The translations under genes were made by a program, and so were the position numbers. 64,000 nt of DNA from the NCBI GenBank assembly GCA_029953675.1, contig JAMWBK010000001.1:1178001-1242000 (forward strand), written 5' to 3'. Positions 43,677 through 56,470 of this stretch are shown here, piece by piece. Under the pieces are notes generated by a model. That model was given only the letters and a program-made list of their open reading frames with translations. It did no database searches and was not told the origin of the DNA. The stretch is from Rhodosorus marinus CCMP1338 (lineage: Eukaryota > Plantae > Rhodophyta). Numbering within the stretch: the first letter of the stretch is position 1; every line of letters begins with the position of its first letter.

Positions 43677-45080
43677 CTAAGCAGGTAAGACGGGCGTTTT
43701 TAAAAGAGTTTCGATTAGCAAGGGAAGCACTTGATACAAACACGAGCGAAACTTTCTTCTTACCCCTTCTTCTCCAGCTGGGCCACACACCGATTCGAGG
43801 ATCCCTATTTGGGCGTCATATATACAGCGGCCGAGCTGGCGTGCCAATGCAGCCACGAATTGGCCATCGTTTAAGCCCTGCGGTTGGACGGGTTGCAATA
43901 CCTCCCATTCTCCTCTCAATGGCTCACAATACCCGCAAATAACGCTGCCGATCCGTCCGACGACCCCGGCGGCCGGAAGTGCTCCAAAATAGGAATCAGC
44001 AGCCAGCTGTCCTGGCTCCACTGGGCCTGAATTCGCAATGACCTGACTGCTACTGAAGCTGATAAATTCTAATAGCTCTCGTTGTTGCGGGAAGGCCCTC
44101 ACCGAATACCTCATGTCGATTGGACCCGTAAATACGAGCTCGAGAGCAAAAGCGACTACATCCAAATCAGAGAGCTCTGGCACCAGAAATATCGCAATGG
44201 AGAATGACTCATATGCTTCCACAGCCACTGCAGGCCGGCGGGCCACCGTATTCGCATACGCAGGGATGGATGTCCCCGGAGATGGTACCGGTGATGGTTC
44301 GTAAACAGTCAGTTCGAGCGCTTCCGACGCGAGATTCTCTGCGACGGGTGAAATCACGACTTGAACTATTCCTGCGTCAAGGTCGATACGGTTGACGCCG
44401 GCAAACTCTGGTTTGCCGCCGACGAAATCGCACGAAAGCTGGACCGGGCATGCCTCGAAACGGATGGAACTGCTCCCTGCAGAAAATGCTATGCACGGGG
44501 AAGATGGTAGTAGACGCTCGGCGCAGGCTATATCCGACGTTGCCAGTGGAGGACCCGATATCTGCTGTCTCAATGGTACGATCCTATTATCAACCAGCGC
44601 AGCAGTACGCACTTTGCCGTCCTCCATGCGAACCTTCGCTTCAACCACGACAAAAGGTGCGCTACCCCCTCCACTGCAGCAGTCACCCACTGCCCGGACA
44701 TCGTCCAGACATGCGTCTATTCTCACCGTGGTCGGCTCACTATCTAGGAACTTCCTCTTTCGAGTGAACCGAGTGTTATCAAGAGGAACGTTGGAACTTT
44801 CAAGCCATAGGCCGACCTTTGCTCGTCTTATCCGAACTCCCTCGCGCACAACAAAAGTGAACCTGACACACGTTTCATGCTCATTGGGTCCCTGCGTCTT
44901 CACGACAGTGCTTGTTGTTACGATTCCCACTCTTCCACCATCAACTTCCAGCTCATAGCACGTGGAAACACTCGTGTAGGAGGAAACTAAGGGATTATAA
45001 GAGGTTGCGCACGTGCTAACTTCACAAACCGTCAAGCCGAAAATCCCGGCGAGCAGGATCAATACCAAACCGTACTTCAT
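43677..45080 (-). CDS. Secreted protein, paralog 3 (467 aa from MKYGLVLILLAG)
   Basis: Open ORF collinear with paralogs 1 and 2; ends ...PVLPA*. Confidence 0.85.
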   Translation of the reverse strand: MKYGLVLILLAGIFGLTVCEVSTCATSYNPLVSSYTSVSTCYELEVDGGRVGIVTTSTVVKTQGPNEHETCVRFTFVVREGVRIRRAKVGLWLESSNVPLDNTRFTRKRKFLDSEPTTVRIDACLDDVRAVGDCCSGGGSAPFVVVEAKVRMEDGKVRTAALVDNRIVPLRQQISGPPLATSDIACAERLLPSSPCIAFSAGSSSIRFEACPVQLSCDFVGGKPEFAGVNRIDLDAGIVQVVISPVAENLASEALELTVYEPSPVPSPGTSIPAYANTVARRPAVAVEAYESFSIAIFLVPELSDLDVVAFALELVFTGPIDMRYSVRAFPQQRELLEFISFSSSQVIANSGPVEPGQLAADSYFGALPAAGVVGRIGSVICGYCEPLRGEWEVLQPVQPQGLNDGQFVAALARQLGRCIYDAQIGILESVCGPAGEEGVRRKFRSCLYQVLPLLIETLLKTPVLPA

Positions 45081-45724
45081 GAATATTCTTTCGACTACAC
45101 CACCAACATATAATGATTGTCCACACGCAGCTGTTCCTACGTGCGCCCCCCACACCCGTCGAACTGCATCCCAAGTGATATTTACACCCTTCTCTTCCTA
45201 CGAAATCTTCCTCTTCCTACGGAAACCTCTACACAGCATCAGATCAATTGTGACACTCAGGTTTGTGTATTGTCCACTGACATTACCATCTAAGTCCTCC
45301 AAAGGCCGGATTGGAAAAACCACTGTTTGTAGTAAGTAAGAGGCACCATTCATCTAGTCAGTGTTGGGACTCCCCCTCCCCCCCCCACCCGGCCGACGGA
45401 AGCTGCGAGGATCTTGATGCTCAATCCATCCCTTAGTGCTCATTTCGCGGATGCTGCTCAGGTTTCGCATTGTTTTCAATTGTATCCATATAATCTGTTC
45501 CCACAGCAGACTACCAACCCACCCCACCCCACCCCACCCCACCCCCCGGGCCGGCTCGACCAACTCCCATGGAATCTCCCAACGGCTTTTCCTCTTTGAT
45601 TGGATTGTATTCCCTTTTCTCTGGGATCGAAGAAACAAAAAAAAACGTTGGGAAATTGAAATACGTTTAAAAGAATGAGAGTTCTTAATGTCGAAATTCC
45701 TGGATTTTTCCCTGAACTATTTGG

Positions 45725-47250
45725 AACTGAATGAATGTGTCCGCGGGCGAGGAAAAAAGCAGCAAAACCCGAGCGGAAAAAACTGAAGAGGCTGCACGAC
45801 GAAGAAATATCGTACCTCCAACATCAAAGCAGCGCGTTCATACGCCACAGCAGGAAACTCTTTGATACACTGGGTAAACAACGAGTAGGGACGGTCCGGG
45901 CGTTCGCTGAACAGGGCTCCCTCAAGCCAAAACGGACCAACGGAATCCGGAAACGTAAAATGTAGAATGACGACATTGAATGAATTGGTGTAAGCGGAGA
46001 CTGAAAAGAAAAAACCCGGAAGGGACAAAAAGGACTGTGCAACGAAGATCGCACGTCTGGTCAGCGTACGCGGAACAACTCCGGAAACCAACGAAAGCCG
46101 ACGGAATCCATAAACCCAAGCAGTCAATGACCAGAGGTACCCTCTTGAGAATTTTTTACACTCTGATACACCTTTTTAGATTGTACATCTGAGGTCCCCC
46201 TCCCTCATCCTCGTACGAGGTTACTGATGCTCAATCCGTCGATTGACTGCTCACTTCGCGGGTGGTTTTCAGGTTTCGGATTGCTTCCCATTGAATCTGT
46301 AACCTGTTTCCCAGAACAGGCTGCCCGCACCAACCTCTCGTCTCTCTGCCCCCGGACCAACTCTTCTGGCTCCCCAGCGGGGGAGCTAAAGCCGTTGGGG
46401 AGCCAGAAGCGTTGTTTGGAATGAACGTAATTTTTTCCGGGGATTGAGGAAGGGAAAAAAAAAAACAAGCCGTTAGAAAACTGAAATACGTTTAAAAAAA
46501 AGAGGACTGGCTGAGGTCCAATTCCAAGATTTTTTTCGAACTCTTCGGAACTGAAAGTGTCGTCAGAGACCGAAAGAAAAAATAAAAATCACAGTGCAGG
46601 CAGACAAACGGACTATGTTGGCGCAGAAGATATCGCGGGCCTCGAACAGCAAAGCAGCTCGCGTTCATACGCCACACACCAGGAAACTTTTGGACACGGG
46701 TACAACAACAAGAGACGGTCGAGGCGAAACCAACAAGAGAGTACCAACGGAATCAAAAAACCGAAAACACTCAATGACCAGAGGTACCTAAGGCGATATT
46801 AGAAGCTTATAAGCTGTTTTAACGAGCGTGCAGTAAACAGGTAAACCTACGATCCTAGGGGAGATTCCAGTTACCAAAGACTTGGCGAACTATTTAACGA
46901 ACGTAGTTGGAGACTGCAAAAAAAAGAGAAGAAAACAAGTCACGAGGGGAGAAAGAAGACTAGTGAAGGCGAAGGTCATGCGCCTCCAATATCAAAGCAG
47001 CGTTCGTCATACATCAAAAGAGGAAACTCAAACAGGTAAAACGACGAGGAGAGCCGGTTAGAAACAATTCGCGATCGTTACCCGGAAACCAACAGAAGAC
47101 TCAATCACCAAGACATTACAAGAGGATGAGCTAACGCGGAAACTCGACTTCCCAGGAGAAGACAATGCTCGCCCTGCATATTTCGATGCTTTGTACCGTT
47201 CCCCCCTTAGGTAGCAACGACAGATCTGCGGACCACCAACGTCCTCTTCG
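45725..47250 (-). mobile_element. Cluster of 4-5 degenerate B-like 3' fragments
   Basis: Repeated TGAATGAATG/GAGACTGAAAA and CTCCAACATCAAAGCAGCGTTCATACGCCAC strings at ~45730, 45975, 46550 and 46900. Confidence 0.7.
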
Positions 47251-48290
47251 TCATCTCCGATCGAAATCGTCCGACAGCCTGTCAAACGATTTGCCTCCAG
47301 TCCCAAGAAACTACTATAACTCTCACTGGGCTAAAAACTACTGAAATTACAAATATCATCGTCAATCATTTATGATCTTGACTGACTTGTTCCATCAGCT
47401 CTTGTGACCTAAAAAAACTAAGTACGTCTTATAGGTGTTTTTCAGATGGGTTGCTTTAGTGTTTAGTTCTTCCTCATTGTGCCAAATATAGGTCTCCCAC
47501 ATTGCTCAACATTAGGCTACTACGAATACACGGCTCTTCCATAATCTGTCTGTCCTGCCGTGACTAAAGCCCACTCCACTGTAAACTGACTTTGGGATGC
47601 GTAAACCTCAATAAAAACCGTTGGGGTTCTCGTTGGCCTCGAAAATTGTTCCGCGGACGCCCTGTTTACCCGTCTATAGGTTTCTTGTTGTGGCGTATGA
47701 ACGCTGCTTTGATGTTAGAGGTGCGCTATCTTCGCCGCACTTAGTCTTTTTTTCCCCTCCAGCAGCAGACTAAATAAATTCATTCAACGAAAGCCCACAA
47801 AATCTCGACCTGTTTCTAAACTACCCCAGACTAACGTAACTCCAGACTAAACTTCCGCTGAAGCCATGATGATCAACCCAAGTGGGCGATTGTTGGTCTT
47901 ACGCGACCCAATCTCCAGTGGCCAAGAAGGTTCAGCAACTTTGATCCTTTTCGCAAGAACTAGTCTCTCGCACTGGATGGTGTTCAAGCTCAGAACATCA
48001 AGCGGTCAAGCAGCCCTTCCCACCTTTTCAACTCTCTCAAGTCCCAAGAATTCATCTGTTTCTTAAGCCTGTTCCTCCAAAAGTCCTCCTTTCTACTTCT
48101 ATCCCTCCTCACCTTTCCCTTTTGGACCTGGAATTATCAATGCATCTCCGTCAAACACTACGAGCTGTCAATCATGAATTATCAATACATCTACCTGAGT
48201 AGGATGTGCCACTACCACTCACTGTGAGCACAATTCAGTAAAGAATCGAATTTCCCGACATCTGGCTTTTGCCGTGGCGGCTTTACTAAG

Positions 48291-49211
48291 ATGGAAATTC
48301 GGACCGGACTCATCAGTGCGGATTGCTGCGATGGCTGGACCCCACCAAATCACAGCAACTCACTTTTTCGAATTGTATATCAAGCTCCCACCGTTGTTTT
48401 TTTTTTGTTCATCTTCTTCAGTCTCTAGTCTCTTGTAGATGTTGGGAAATTCGATGATTGTAATAGAGTAGGAGAGAATACTAACCAAGTCTCGGCTACC
48501 GCCATCTTGGCCACCCCGACTAGTGCGGAGATTGCTGCGGAGGATGTACGCATCCAAATCACAGCTACTCACTTTTTCTGAATGCATGTCAATCTCGCAA
48601 CGTTTTTCCCTCCCTCCAGTTCGTCCTGTTTGACGGAGATGAGTTGATAATTCCCAAGACGGCGATAGCGAGACTTGGAATACTAACCAACTCTCGCTAC
48701 AGCCACATTGCTTACCCCGTCTAGTGCGCATTGCTGCGGAGACTGTAAACATCCAAATCACGGCTAGAGCACTAGTCCGGGTAAGCAATGTGGCGGTAGT
48801 GAGACTTGGTTAGTATTCCAAGTCTCGTTACCGCCGTCTTGGGAATTATCAACTCATCTCCATCAACCACGACGAACTGGGGGGGGGGCCGGGGGGAGGA
48901 ACGTTTCGAGATTGACATGCATTCAGAAAAAGTGAGTAGCTGTGATTTGGATGCTTACATCCTCCACAGCAATCCCCGCACTAGTCGGGGTGGCCAAGAT
49001 GGCGGTAGCCGAGACTTGGTTAGTATTCTCTTCTACCATTACAATCATCGAATTCCCCAACATCTACAGAGACTGAAGAAGAAGAAGAAGAAAAAAAAAA
49101 CAAAAAAACGGTGGGAGATTGATATACGTTTCGAAAAAGTGAGTTGCTCTGATTTGGAGGGGTCCAGCCACCGCAGTAATCCGCACCGATGAGTCCGGTC
49201 CGAATTTCCAT
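48291..49211. repeat. ~920-bp imperfect palindrome (fold-back), ~437-bp arms, 41-nt spacer
   Basis: ATGGAAATTCGGACCGGACTCATC ... GATGAGTCCGGTCCGAATTTCCAT; inner ends CTAGTGC (48721-48727) and GCACTAG (48769-48775). Confidence 0.92.
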
Positions 49212-49699
49212 AGCATACCTAGCAATAATGCGATGGGCGTGGGAGGAGGGTGGTGGTGGTGGAGTGGAGGGTTTTCCATGGGCTGGCGCCGATGCGGTAA
49301 TGATAAAGAAATTGGATGGGTCGCTCCTTTTAGATGTTGGGGCACTATAGAAGGACTGTCGCAAAGTTCCACACTGCTTTGAAATATACTCTGAGGCAAA
49401 CCTAGCAAAGCATTGTAGGACGCACTCCTCTATGTGACGTCACAAAGAAGAGAAACAAGCTGGGGAGAGGGGAGTTTCATCTTCCCGTAGACTTTGAGCT
49501 TCGGCTCTACCTCATTATCTGGTATCGTTTTCCATTATGGAATCCGCTGATTCGCGTTACCTTGTGCGAATTGTTCCGCGAGCTCCCCGACCTGCTTTCC
49601 TCGTTGCCCCGCGTTTCAGTTTCTTATTCGCGACACACTAACGGACTAGCCTGACGGTGCGTAGATGTTGCGGGAGAGCGCGGTGGACTTGCCGCTGCC

Positions 49700-49945
49700 A
49701 ATAAGAGACGCCGCAAAGACTTGAACTATGCGGGGGCCTTGTCTTCCCCAGGCATTCGGCTCTAGCTCATCGCATGGTACCTCTGGTCATTGAGTGCTTT
49801 GGGCTTATGGATTCCGTTGGTTCTCATTGGCTTCAGGGCATTGTTCCGCGAACGCCCTGACTGTCTGTGTCCTCGTCGATTTTTCGCCTTGGTTTTTTTT
49901 CTAAAAAAAGAAACCAAGGCGATTAAACCAACTCATTCATTCATT
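49700..49945 (+). mobile_element. Diverged B-like 3' fragment
   Basis: GAGACGCCGCAAAGACTTGAACTATGCGGGGGCCTTGTCTTCC...; ends ACTCATTCATTC. Confidence 0.75.
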
Positions 49946-50459
49946 CGATGTTGGAGGGGCACGTGACCTTTGCGCTGCAGTAACGAAAACGAAACGAATG
50001 GTTAACCGTCCATGTCCCTCATTCGTTTTTTTTCTTCTTTTTCAGCTTTCGAGTGCAAACACTTTCATTTCATCTCTTTGTGTGGTTGGGAGCGAAATCC
50101 ACCTAGGCCCAGTGCCGAAATACACCGCTTCTTCATATACGATTTAAAAAATACAATATTCGATTTTATCATAGTGTGAATGTTCCCGTTTAACTTTCCC
50201 CCCCCGTTTCCTCCGTTTCCACACCATAACCTCTCTACAGGCTCTGGAAACCCTTGGTTTGAATTAGTAAGAAAATACGAAGATTGGCTACCAAACTAAT
50301 CAACGGGCATTGATTGGATTTTCTCGAAAGGAAAAACTTGTATTCAATAATATTGTGTTACTATGGCTAGTTAGTACGTACGTATCAAAGAAACGTACAC
50401 CAATAATAGAGGATTTATTCTCTCAAGGGAATGTGAATGGCAAATCTCGTTCACTCAAC

Positions 50460-51400
50460 ATCTTCTATTGGCCAGAGCGTTTCCTTGTACTGTTGTAGTT
50501 TATGCAAGTAAACTTCTAATCCTCCATCCTTTCCAAACGACTGTTTTTTCCAATCCCCAAAACTTCCCGGTCAATTTCCGTCCGTGAACTCGTCGAAAAC
50601 TGCGGGAGATTTCCAGTTCCTCACTAAAATTCCCCCACAAACGGCAAAACCTCACCGCAGCCCCGCGGAACCCGAAATCTGTGAAGGCTGCCCATAACTG
50701 TATCTCTCCTGCGTGCTAGAGTTACCCTTTTTTTTTACTCGAGACCTATCCAAGTACCATGCTAAGCCTAATTATACCGTTCGTCGACCTGGTTTGGTAC
50801 GCTAGCGTCGTTCTTCCTTTCCTTATCGTCTATCCCTTAAGCAGAATGTAGTTACTCTGCCTACGCAAGCTATCGAAGGAAGGGGGCCTGATCCCGCAAC
50901 AACAAACCAAATGGTCCAGAACCGCGGATCTCGTAAACTACGCAAACATCTTCTATTGGCCGCCAGAGTGTTTCCCTTTTTATTGTTGCAGTTCATGGCC
51001 GGTAAGTTTCCTAATATCTCCCCCATCCTTGCAAAAGACCCTTTTTTCCAATCCCCACATTTGCCACATCAATGCCCCACTGAACCATCTAAACTGGTTG
51101 CGATTCCCAGTTCACGGTTCAAATACCCACAGATGGCAATCTATGCCCGCCAAAAAATCTGACCTGTATCAAACTGGAATCAAACAATTCCGCATCTTTT
51201 ATCCACCACCAAACCAACGAAAACGACGCTGTTTTCCATGTTTCGCCCCCAAGTGGCGAAACGATGAAAACAGCATCGACCCTGCACTGGAATCGACAAT
51301 TCCCTCACCTTTTATCCTCCACCAAACCAAGGAAAACGATGCTGTTTTCCTCGTTTCCCTCCTTTTCGGTAGGGAAATCCCCCTTCCCCTCCCCCCTCCC
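50460..51400. repeat. Diverged local direct repeats (~490-bp and ~110-bp periods)
   Basis: TTCTATTGGCC...TTTTTTCCAATCCCC at ~50463 and ~50952; CACCAAACCAA.GAAAACGA.GCTGTTTTCC at ~51207 and ~51320. Confidence 0.6.
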
Positions 51401-52699
51401 CAACCCAAACTTGTCCCAATCCGCCCCACCACAAAAAAAACATAGCAAATTAGGATCATGTGAATTTCTTTTACGAATCGACCGCAGTAAATCGACCCAA
51501 TTACGATTGGCAACATTCGGCATGGCCACTGTTAGCTTTTTTTCCGAAATTGCTTGCTACATCACAAACGTAAAGCGAACAAGCAATGACAACTCAAGAT
51601 TTTGTACTCTTTCCATTTTTAGAAAATAATTCTTGCCCAAATGACCAATTATTTTATCAAATATAAATTCGTGGATAAATTTTTCGTCGAATTTTGCTGA
51701 TTTCGTCGCCGAAGTTTGTTGCGGGACAAGTGGGGCAGAGCGGCTGTTTTTATACTGAAATATGAATCAAGATGAGTTAATCCATTGCTCCGACATAGCT
51801 ACAGGGAGCGGGGGATGTCGTGTTGGTAATTTAGTTTTCGTACAGTAGTAAAGAGCAATTGCGAATATCTTCTCCAGTGACTTGGAATGGGGGATTTTAA
51901 ATTTGAGTTCGTTATTACTTGGATTTTAAAGTATGGTATTAAAATAGTATGAAAGGATAAAAATGTTAATCAGGATTTTATCACCCAATTTACAAGTATA
52001 AAATAAGAAGTACATTATATTATAGAAATACCAATGAAATGCGAACGTAAAAGACGGAAGAGGGTTGAAAACCCCTTGCTGATAAAACTCTCCTTTCCCA
52101 ATAGATTTGTGTAAACTATCTTCGTTTATTCATTTGTTCCGAAACGAGAACGTATCGGACGAACCCTGACAATCCGGGAAAACTAACTCTCTAATACATA
52201 AGAGGTTTACAAAACATAAAGCAGCTGTTTGATTGGATAGAAATATTCTCCTTCTCCAATCAGAAAGGGGTAAACGACAGGGGCAATCCCCCAAAGAAGC
52301 GCGAGGAAATCCACCAAAGGCGGTAGTGATGAGGGACCATCAAAAATCCACCTCTACTAAAACCTCTGCCAATTTGATGCATTTGACTTTTTTTTTTGGT
52401 TTACAGACTGTGGACTTTGGTTATTTATAAATAAAAAACCCGTCTCTGATGAGGACGAGGTTTTGCGTCTACAAAAGAGTGTATTGGAAGAAATATTTGC
52501 GTAGTTCCTGGGGGTCTGATAGGGAGCTCATATAGAAAGAAAGAGTTCGAATTTGTTTTTGTAAACGTATTGTGTAACTTTTTCAAGCAGGGACACATGG
52601 GGTGATCATTGATCTGCTACAACAAATTGAATTAGCAAAAGGCGAGTAAGCGGGAGGGCGGGTTTGTGGAGGAAAGCCAGGGGGTTGACAATTTTCTCC

Positions 52700-53430
52700 C
52701 CGCTTCTGTTATCGCTGAACAACCCGGATGGTCACGCAACCCGCAACATATCTAGTTAATATCGTCACCTCCCCCTGGGTAGATGACGGGTAGAGGAGTG
52801 GGGGAGGGATGGAGGGGGGTGGTTATAGATATCCCACACCAAAGGGGAGATTGCGTAGTATAGGTAGGAGACCGGGAATAGGAGCAGCACTGGTTGTCCC
52901 TCTCGTCTTCCGATCGCGCGGAGACCGTAGAGGGGGGGGCAGGTGGGAGGGGGAAAAGGAGATTTGTGTTCGCAACCTTCCTCTTTTGTATATAGTTGAA
53001 CAGCCGGGAAATAGATCCGCCGTGGCACATCTAGCTAATGTAGTGACCTCCCCTGGGGAAGGATAGAGAGGAAGGGAGAGGGGAGGCGAAACATATCCCT
53101 CCCTAAAAGGGAGATTTGGCGTAGTATGGGTTGGTCCTATTCCCGCTAAAGAATAGGAACGGCACTGGTGGTCCCTCTCCTTCCCCAATCCGTTTTTCGT
53201 TCAAGTGGAGACCGCAAAGCCGGGGGGAAGGCAGGAGTTTGTGTTGCTATTTTCTTCCCTTGACTATAGCTGAGTAACCGGGACGATAGACCCGCTCACA
53301 TCTAGTTCATGTCATGACCTCCCCTGGAGCAGAGGAGGGATCGAGGGAGGGAGAGGGGAGGCGATAGATATCCCTCACCAAAAGGAGGATTGGTAGTACG
53401 GCTCTGGCTGCCGCACTCCCTTCTCCTTTC
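52700..53430. repeat. ~275-bp G-rich tandem repeat, about 3 diverged units
   Basis: CA(T/C)ATCTAG...ACCTCCCC(C)TGG...ATATCCC...AAA(A)GG recurs at ~52749, 53026 and 53298. Confidence 0.75.
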
Positions 53431-53953
53431 CGTTTTTCGATCCCGGGTTACCAGCAACAACGCTTTGTGCCGTTATCTCTTAGCTCAGAGCACCCCGGTA
53501 GAGGTAAGGCCGCATTGGCCGCATGTTGGAGTTTGGTGAGGACCTCTTGTTTCTAAAGATGTCTGAAGGAGTTTAGATATCTCAAGATTCCCCCCCCCCC
53601 CCGTATTTTAGTGTGGGGTATCTTTCACCACCCCTTCTCCAATCCTCTCCATTACTCTACCCTTCATAGAGTACCCACGGGGAGGTGACCCCCGGTAGGG
53701 GTCACATCCCCCTGTAGGGGGGTTGTTCGGAGGGAGTGAGGAAATGAGAACAAGGACAAAAGGACAGGTCCCGAAAAGACTGAAACTCTATTGAGATATC
53801 GGATCTGGCTGTGCATAAACTAGCTGGGATGCAATCGCTCCCGACCAAAAAATAGATAATCGACTCCCGACCAAAAAATAGATAATCTTCGGAAAGGTTG
53901 GTCGTCGGATTGGGATTCGGAATATTGTTTATGGATTGGAGTTCATAGGGGGG

Positions 53954-53961
53954 TATATAAA
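53954..53961 (+). promoter_or_regulatory. TATA-like box of the 204-aa gene
   Basis: TATATAAA 100 nt upstream of ATG 54061. Confidence 0.45.
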
Positions 53962-54060
53962 GCATAACTGCAGCGGGTGGGGAGGGGTGGTGGCTTTGCG
54001 GAAGTAGGGAAGGTGGGCAAAAATTGAGCAAGTATTGGAGGGTGTGTGGAGGGAAGAAAG

Positions 54061-54675
54061 ATGAGGAGTGTTTCCCTGTTTGTGGTCGTCGTTGTTCTAG
54101 GGTATGCACTTGCCCAGGACATGAGTCTGACGGAGCAGGCAGTGGTTCGTTCCGGCGATTATACCTGCGCCTCCTGGGCGGATACTTTCAATATCGTCAC
54201 GCTTGGGAGTATTCTCAACCTCGTTTGCTCGCCACTTATTGTTGGTGGAAAATACAGCGTCATCGGGGGCGTCTGTTCGTTCGTCACTAGATTCGGGGGA
54301 AGGACTTGCATCGGGTTCACGTTCGCTGCTAAGCCGCACTGGAAAGTTACCAATTTGTACGCCGGCGTTCGTGACAACTGCGATGACACCCCTGATTATC
54401 CGTTCCAAAGCAGGTCGAGACAATTTTTCTTTGGGAAGACCCTTTACGTCTGCTTAGACGAGTACTCTTCCGACTCGCCTGGGTGCTGCAACAAGCGTCA
54501 GTGCTTGTACGCGAAGGTGAAAGCCAAGAGGAAGATGTGCGATGAATCGGGCAACTGTACCTACGGTAGGACGAAGTTCGGCTACCCACCTTTGGCGCTT
54601 CCAAATTGTGAACCCAAGCTCTGGTATGTGGGTTGTAGTGTCCAATTAAAATGCTCGTGGCCAAAGAGAACCTAG
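54061..54675 (+). CDS. Secreted Cys-rich 204-aa protein, distant relative of the paralog N-domain
   Basis: MRSVSLFVVVVVLGYALA signal peptide; TCIGFTF, VCLDE...CC and CSVQLKC match TCIRFxF, ACLDD...CC and C(T/P)VQLSC of the paralogs. Confidence 0.8.
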   Translation: MRSVSLFVVVVVLGYALAQDMSLTEQAVVRSGDYTCASWADTFNIVTLGSILNLVCSPLIVGGKYSVIGGVCSFVTRFGGRTCIGFTFAAKPHWKVTNLYAGVRDNCDDTPDYPFQSRSRQFFFGKTLYVCLDEYSSDSPGCCNKRQCLYAKVKAKRKMCDESGNCTYGRTKFGYPPLALPNCEPKLWYVGCSVQLKCSWPKRT

Positions 54676-55939
54676 AAACCTGACGTGAACGGCGATGCGG
54701 CGAGGTCTTGCCCCTCAAACTCGCAATATCCTGCGCGGAAACTGCGAGATGGAGAGAATCCAGGGTGGTCTACAGGGCCAGTCCTCATGACGCGCAGACA
54801 TGTCGACAAACCAAAGTTCGATTTGGATAGAGTGACGAAGCGAGCTGTTTCAAAGTAAAAGACCCTCCCACATTGCAACGAAACCCAAATGGACGAAATA
54901 GACGGTCCAAACGTCTACAAACCCATGCCAACCACCTCCGCCTGCTAGGAAGAAAGTGTGAATTCCCTACCTCACATCCGGCTGTCGGATCTGCGGGTCC
55001 AAACCGTCAATCCGAACCGCTCCACCTCGGCACCAGCTCGTCTTCTCTCCTTTCTTGCAATCACGCCTACCCGGCATTCGATACGTACGGGGGTTCATCT
55101 TGTCACCAGCAACAAAGGGCGTGAGATTCCACCTACTAAAGGGGTCTGAGTTTGACCAGCTCCGAAGCTGGTTCAACGATCTCAACGCGTTCAATAGTCA
55201 TCAAATCCAACTCCTCGGCAAGAAACGGAGACAGTGTCTCGTTCAGGTGACCAATAGCACAGTCCCCATCGAAATGAGTTCCAGCGTTAAACTCTTCTAT
55301 CAGAGGGCTATGCTGAGCCTCCTTTCCCGGCTTCATAACAAACCTCAGTCGAGGCAAGCGGATCAGGGCTCACAGCCCCCTGTACCCTGACGACCACGGC
55401 CCGAGCCCTCAACTCCAGGGCCAACCGCCTTCCCCTCAGACATCGAAGCATCAAGCATATTTTGCAGATCCAAAAAAATTCCGAGAGCTTCCAATCAACT
55501 ATTTCAACCCTAACACATCTTGTTGGGGTCTTCCAGGGGAACGGCCTTAGACTCTTCGAGTACTCTCGATGCAGACGATGCGCGATCGAAGCTCGCCCCA
55601 CTTGGTCGCTTAGAGACACTCTCCGGGGTAGTAGGCTACCCGTCAACGTACCAGCCACAACCCTATTTTTATTTTCAGTCCTGCAGAAACAAAACGAGAA
55701 AAAGGTGCTGGCTTTAGAAACCATCGAAAGATTCGTACGTTAAGGCGGAAGGATGAAAACTGATGCTGGCGATGCTCCCCTTTAACAGGCTGTTAAAACC
55801 CCACAGCTTCATCTGAGCTTCAACTGGGTGACAAGATTCAATCGGAATGGATCCTGACTTATCTGCCATAAATACGATCGCCTCCTATACCGCTCTTCTT
55901 CCCTACAAATTCAATACAATCGTGCTCGCAGGGGGCAGC

Positions 55940-56470
55940 AGCAGCTTCTGTACTACTCGCCGCGTGAAGGAACGATGGTACGCTGGGAGCATGGCCACGC
56001 TTCCCCGGGAAGAGGGCCGGTCCCACAGGCTCCAGCCTTTCATTGTGGAAAGCTTTGGGTATCTGGAAAAGACAAGCTTGGAGTGGCTGCGCAAATCTTT
56101 AGTGGCTGCTCTGAATAAAAGGATAATCGTTGTTTCACCGAACATCCTGAAAGAATATCTGGTGCTTTTTTCGCCGTTTAAGTGTCACTCTCTGGCGGTA
56201 TTCTAGCAACATGCTCGCCGAGGCACGCCACCGCCGCCTGGGCTTGCATGTTCTTTTCTCTAGTCCCTAGCTTCCTTTTAAGTCTTCCAGAGCGCCGCGA
56301 AGATCGCGCGCCTCCAACATCAAAGCAGCGTTCATATTCCACGGCAAGGAACTTAAAAACGGGTAAAAACGAGGAGAGACGGTCAGGCGTTCAGTTAGCA
56401 ACTCCCGAAGCCAATGGGAACTAACGGAATCCATAAACCCAAAGGACGCAATGGCCAAAGGTACCAGACC
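55940..56470. mobile_element. Degenerate A-like 3' fragment (plus, ~55940-56280) and B-like 3' fragment (minus, ~56285-56470)
   Basis: ORF 55847..56206 reads RRVKERWYAGSMATLPREEGRSHRLQPFIVESFG; ORF 56267..56458 reads FGFMDSVSSHWLRELL. Confidence 0.7.

Noticed and set aside
51600-52620. AT-rich stretch as an organelle insertion or DNA transposon
   Set aside because: No recognisable gene, terminal inverted repeats or TSD.
54700-55750. Cluster of 60-140-aa ORFs
   Set aside because: Overlapping on both strands with no recognisable motifs or signal peptides.
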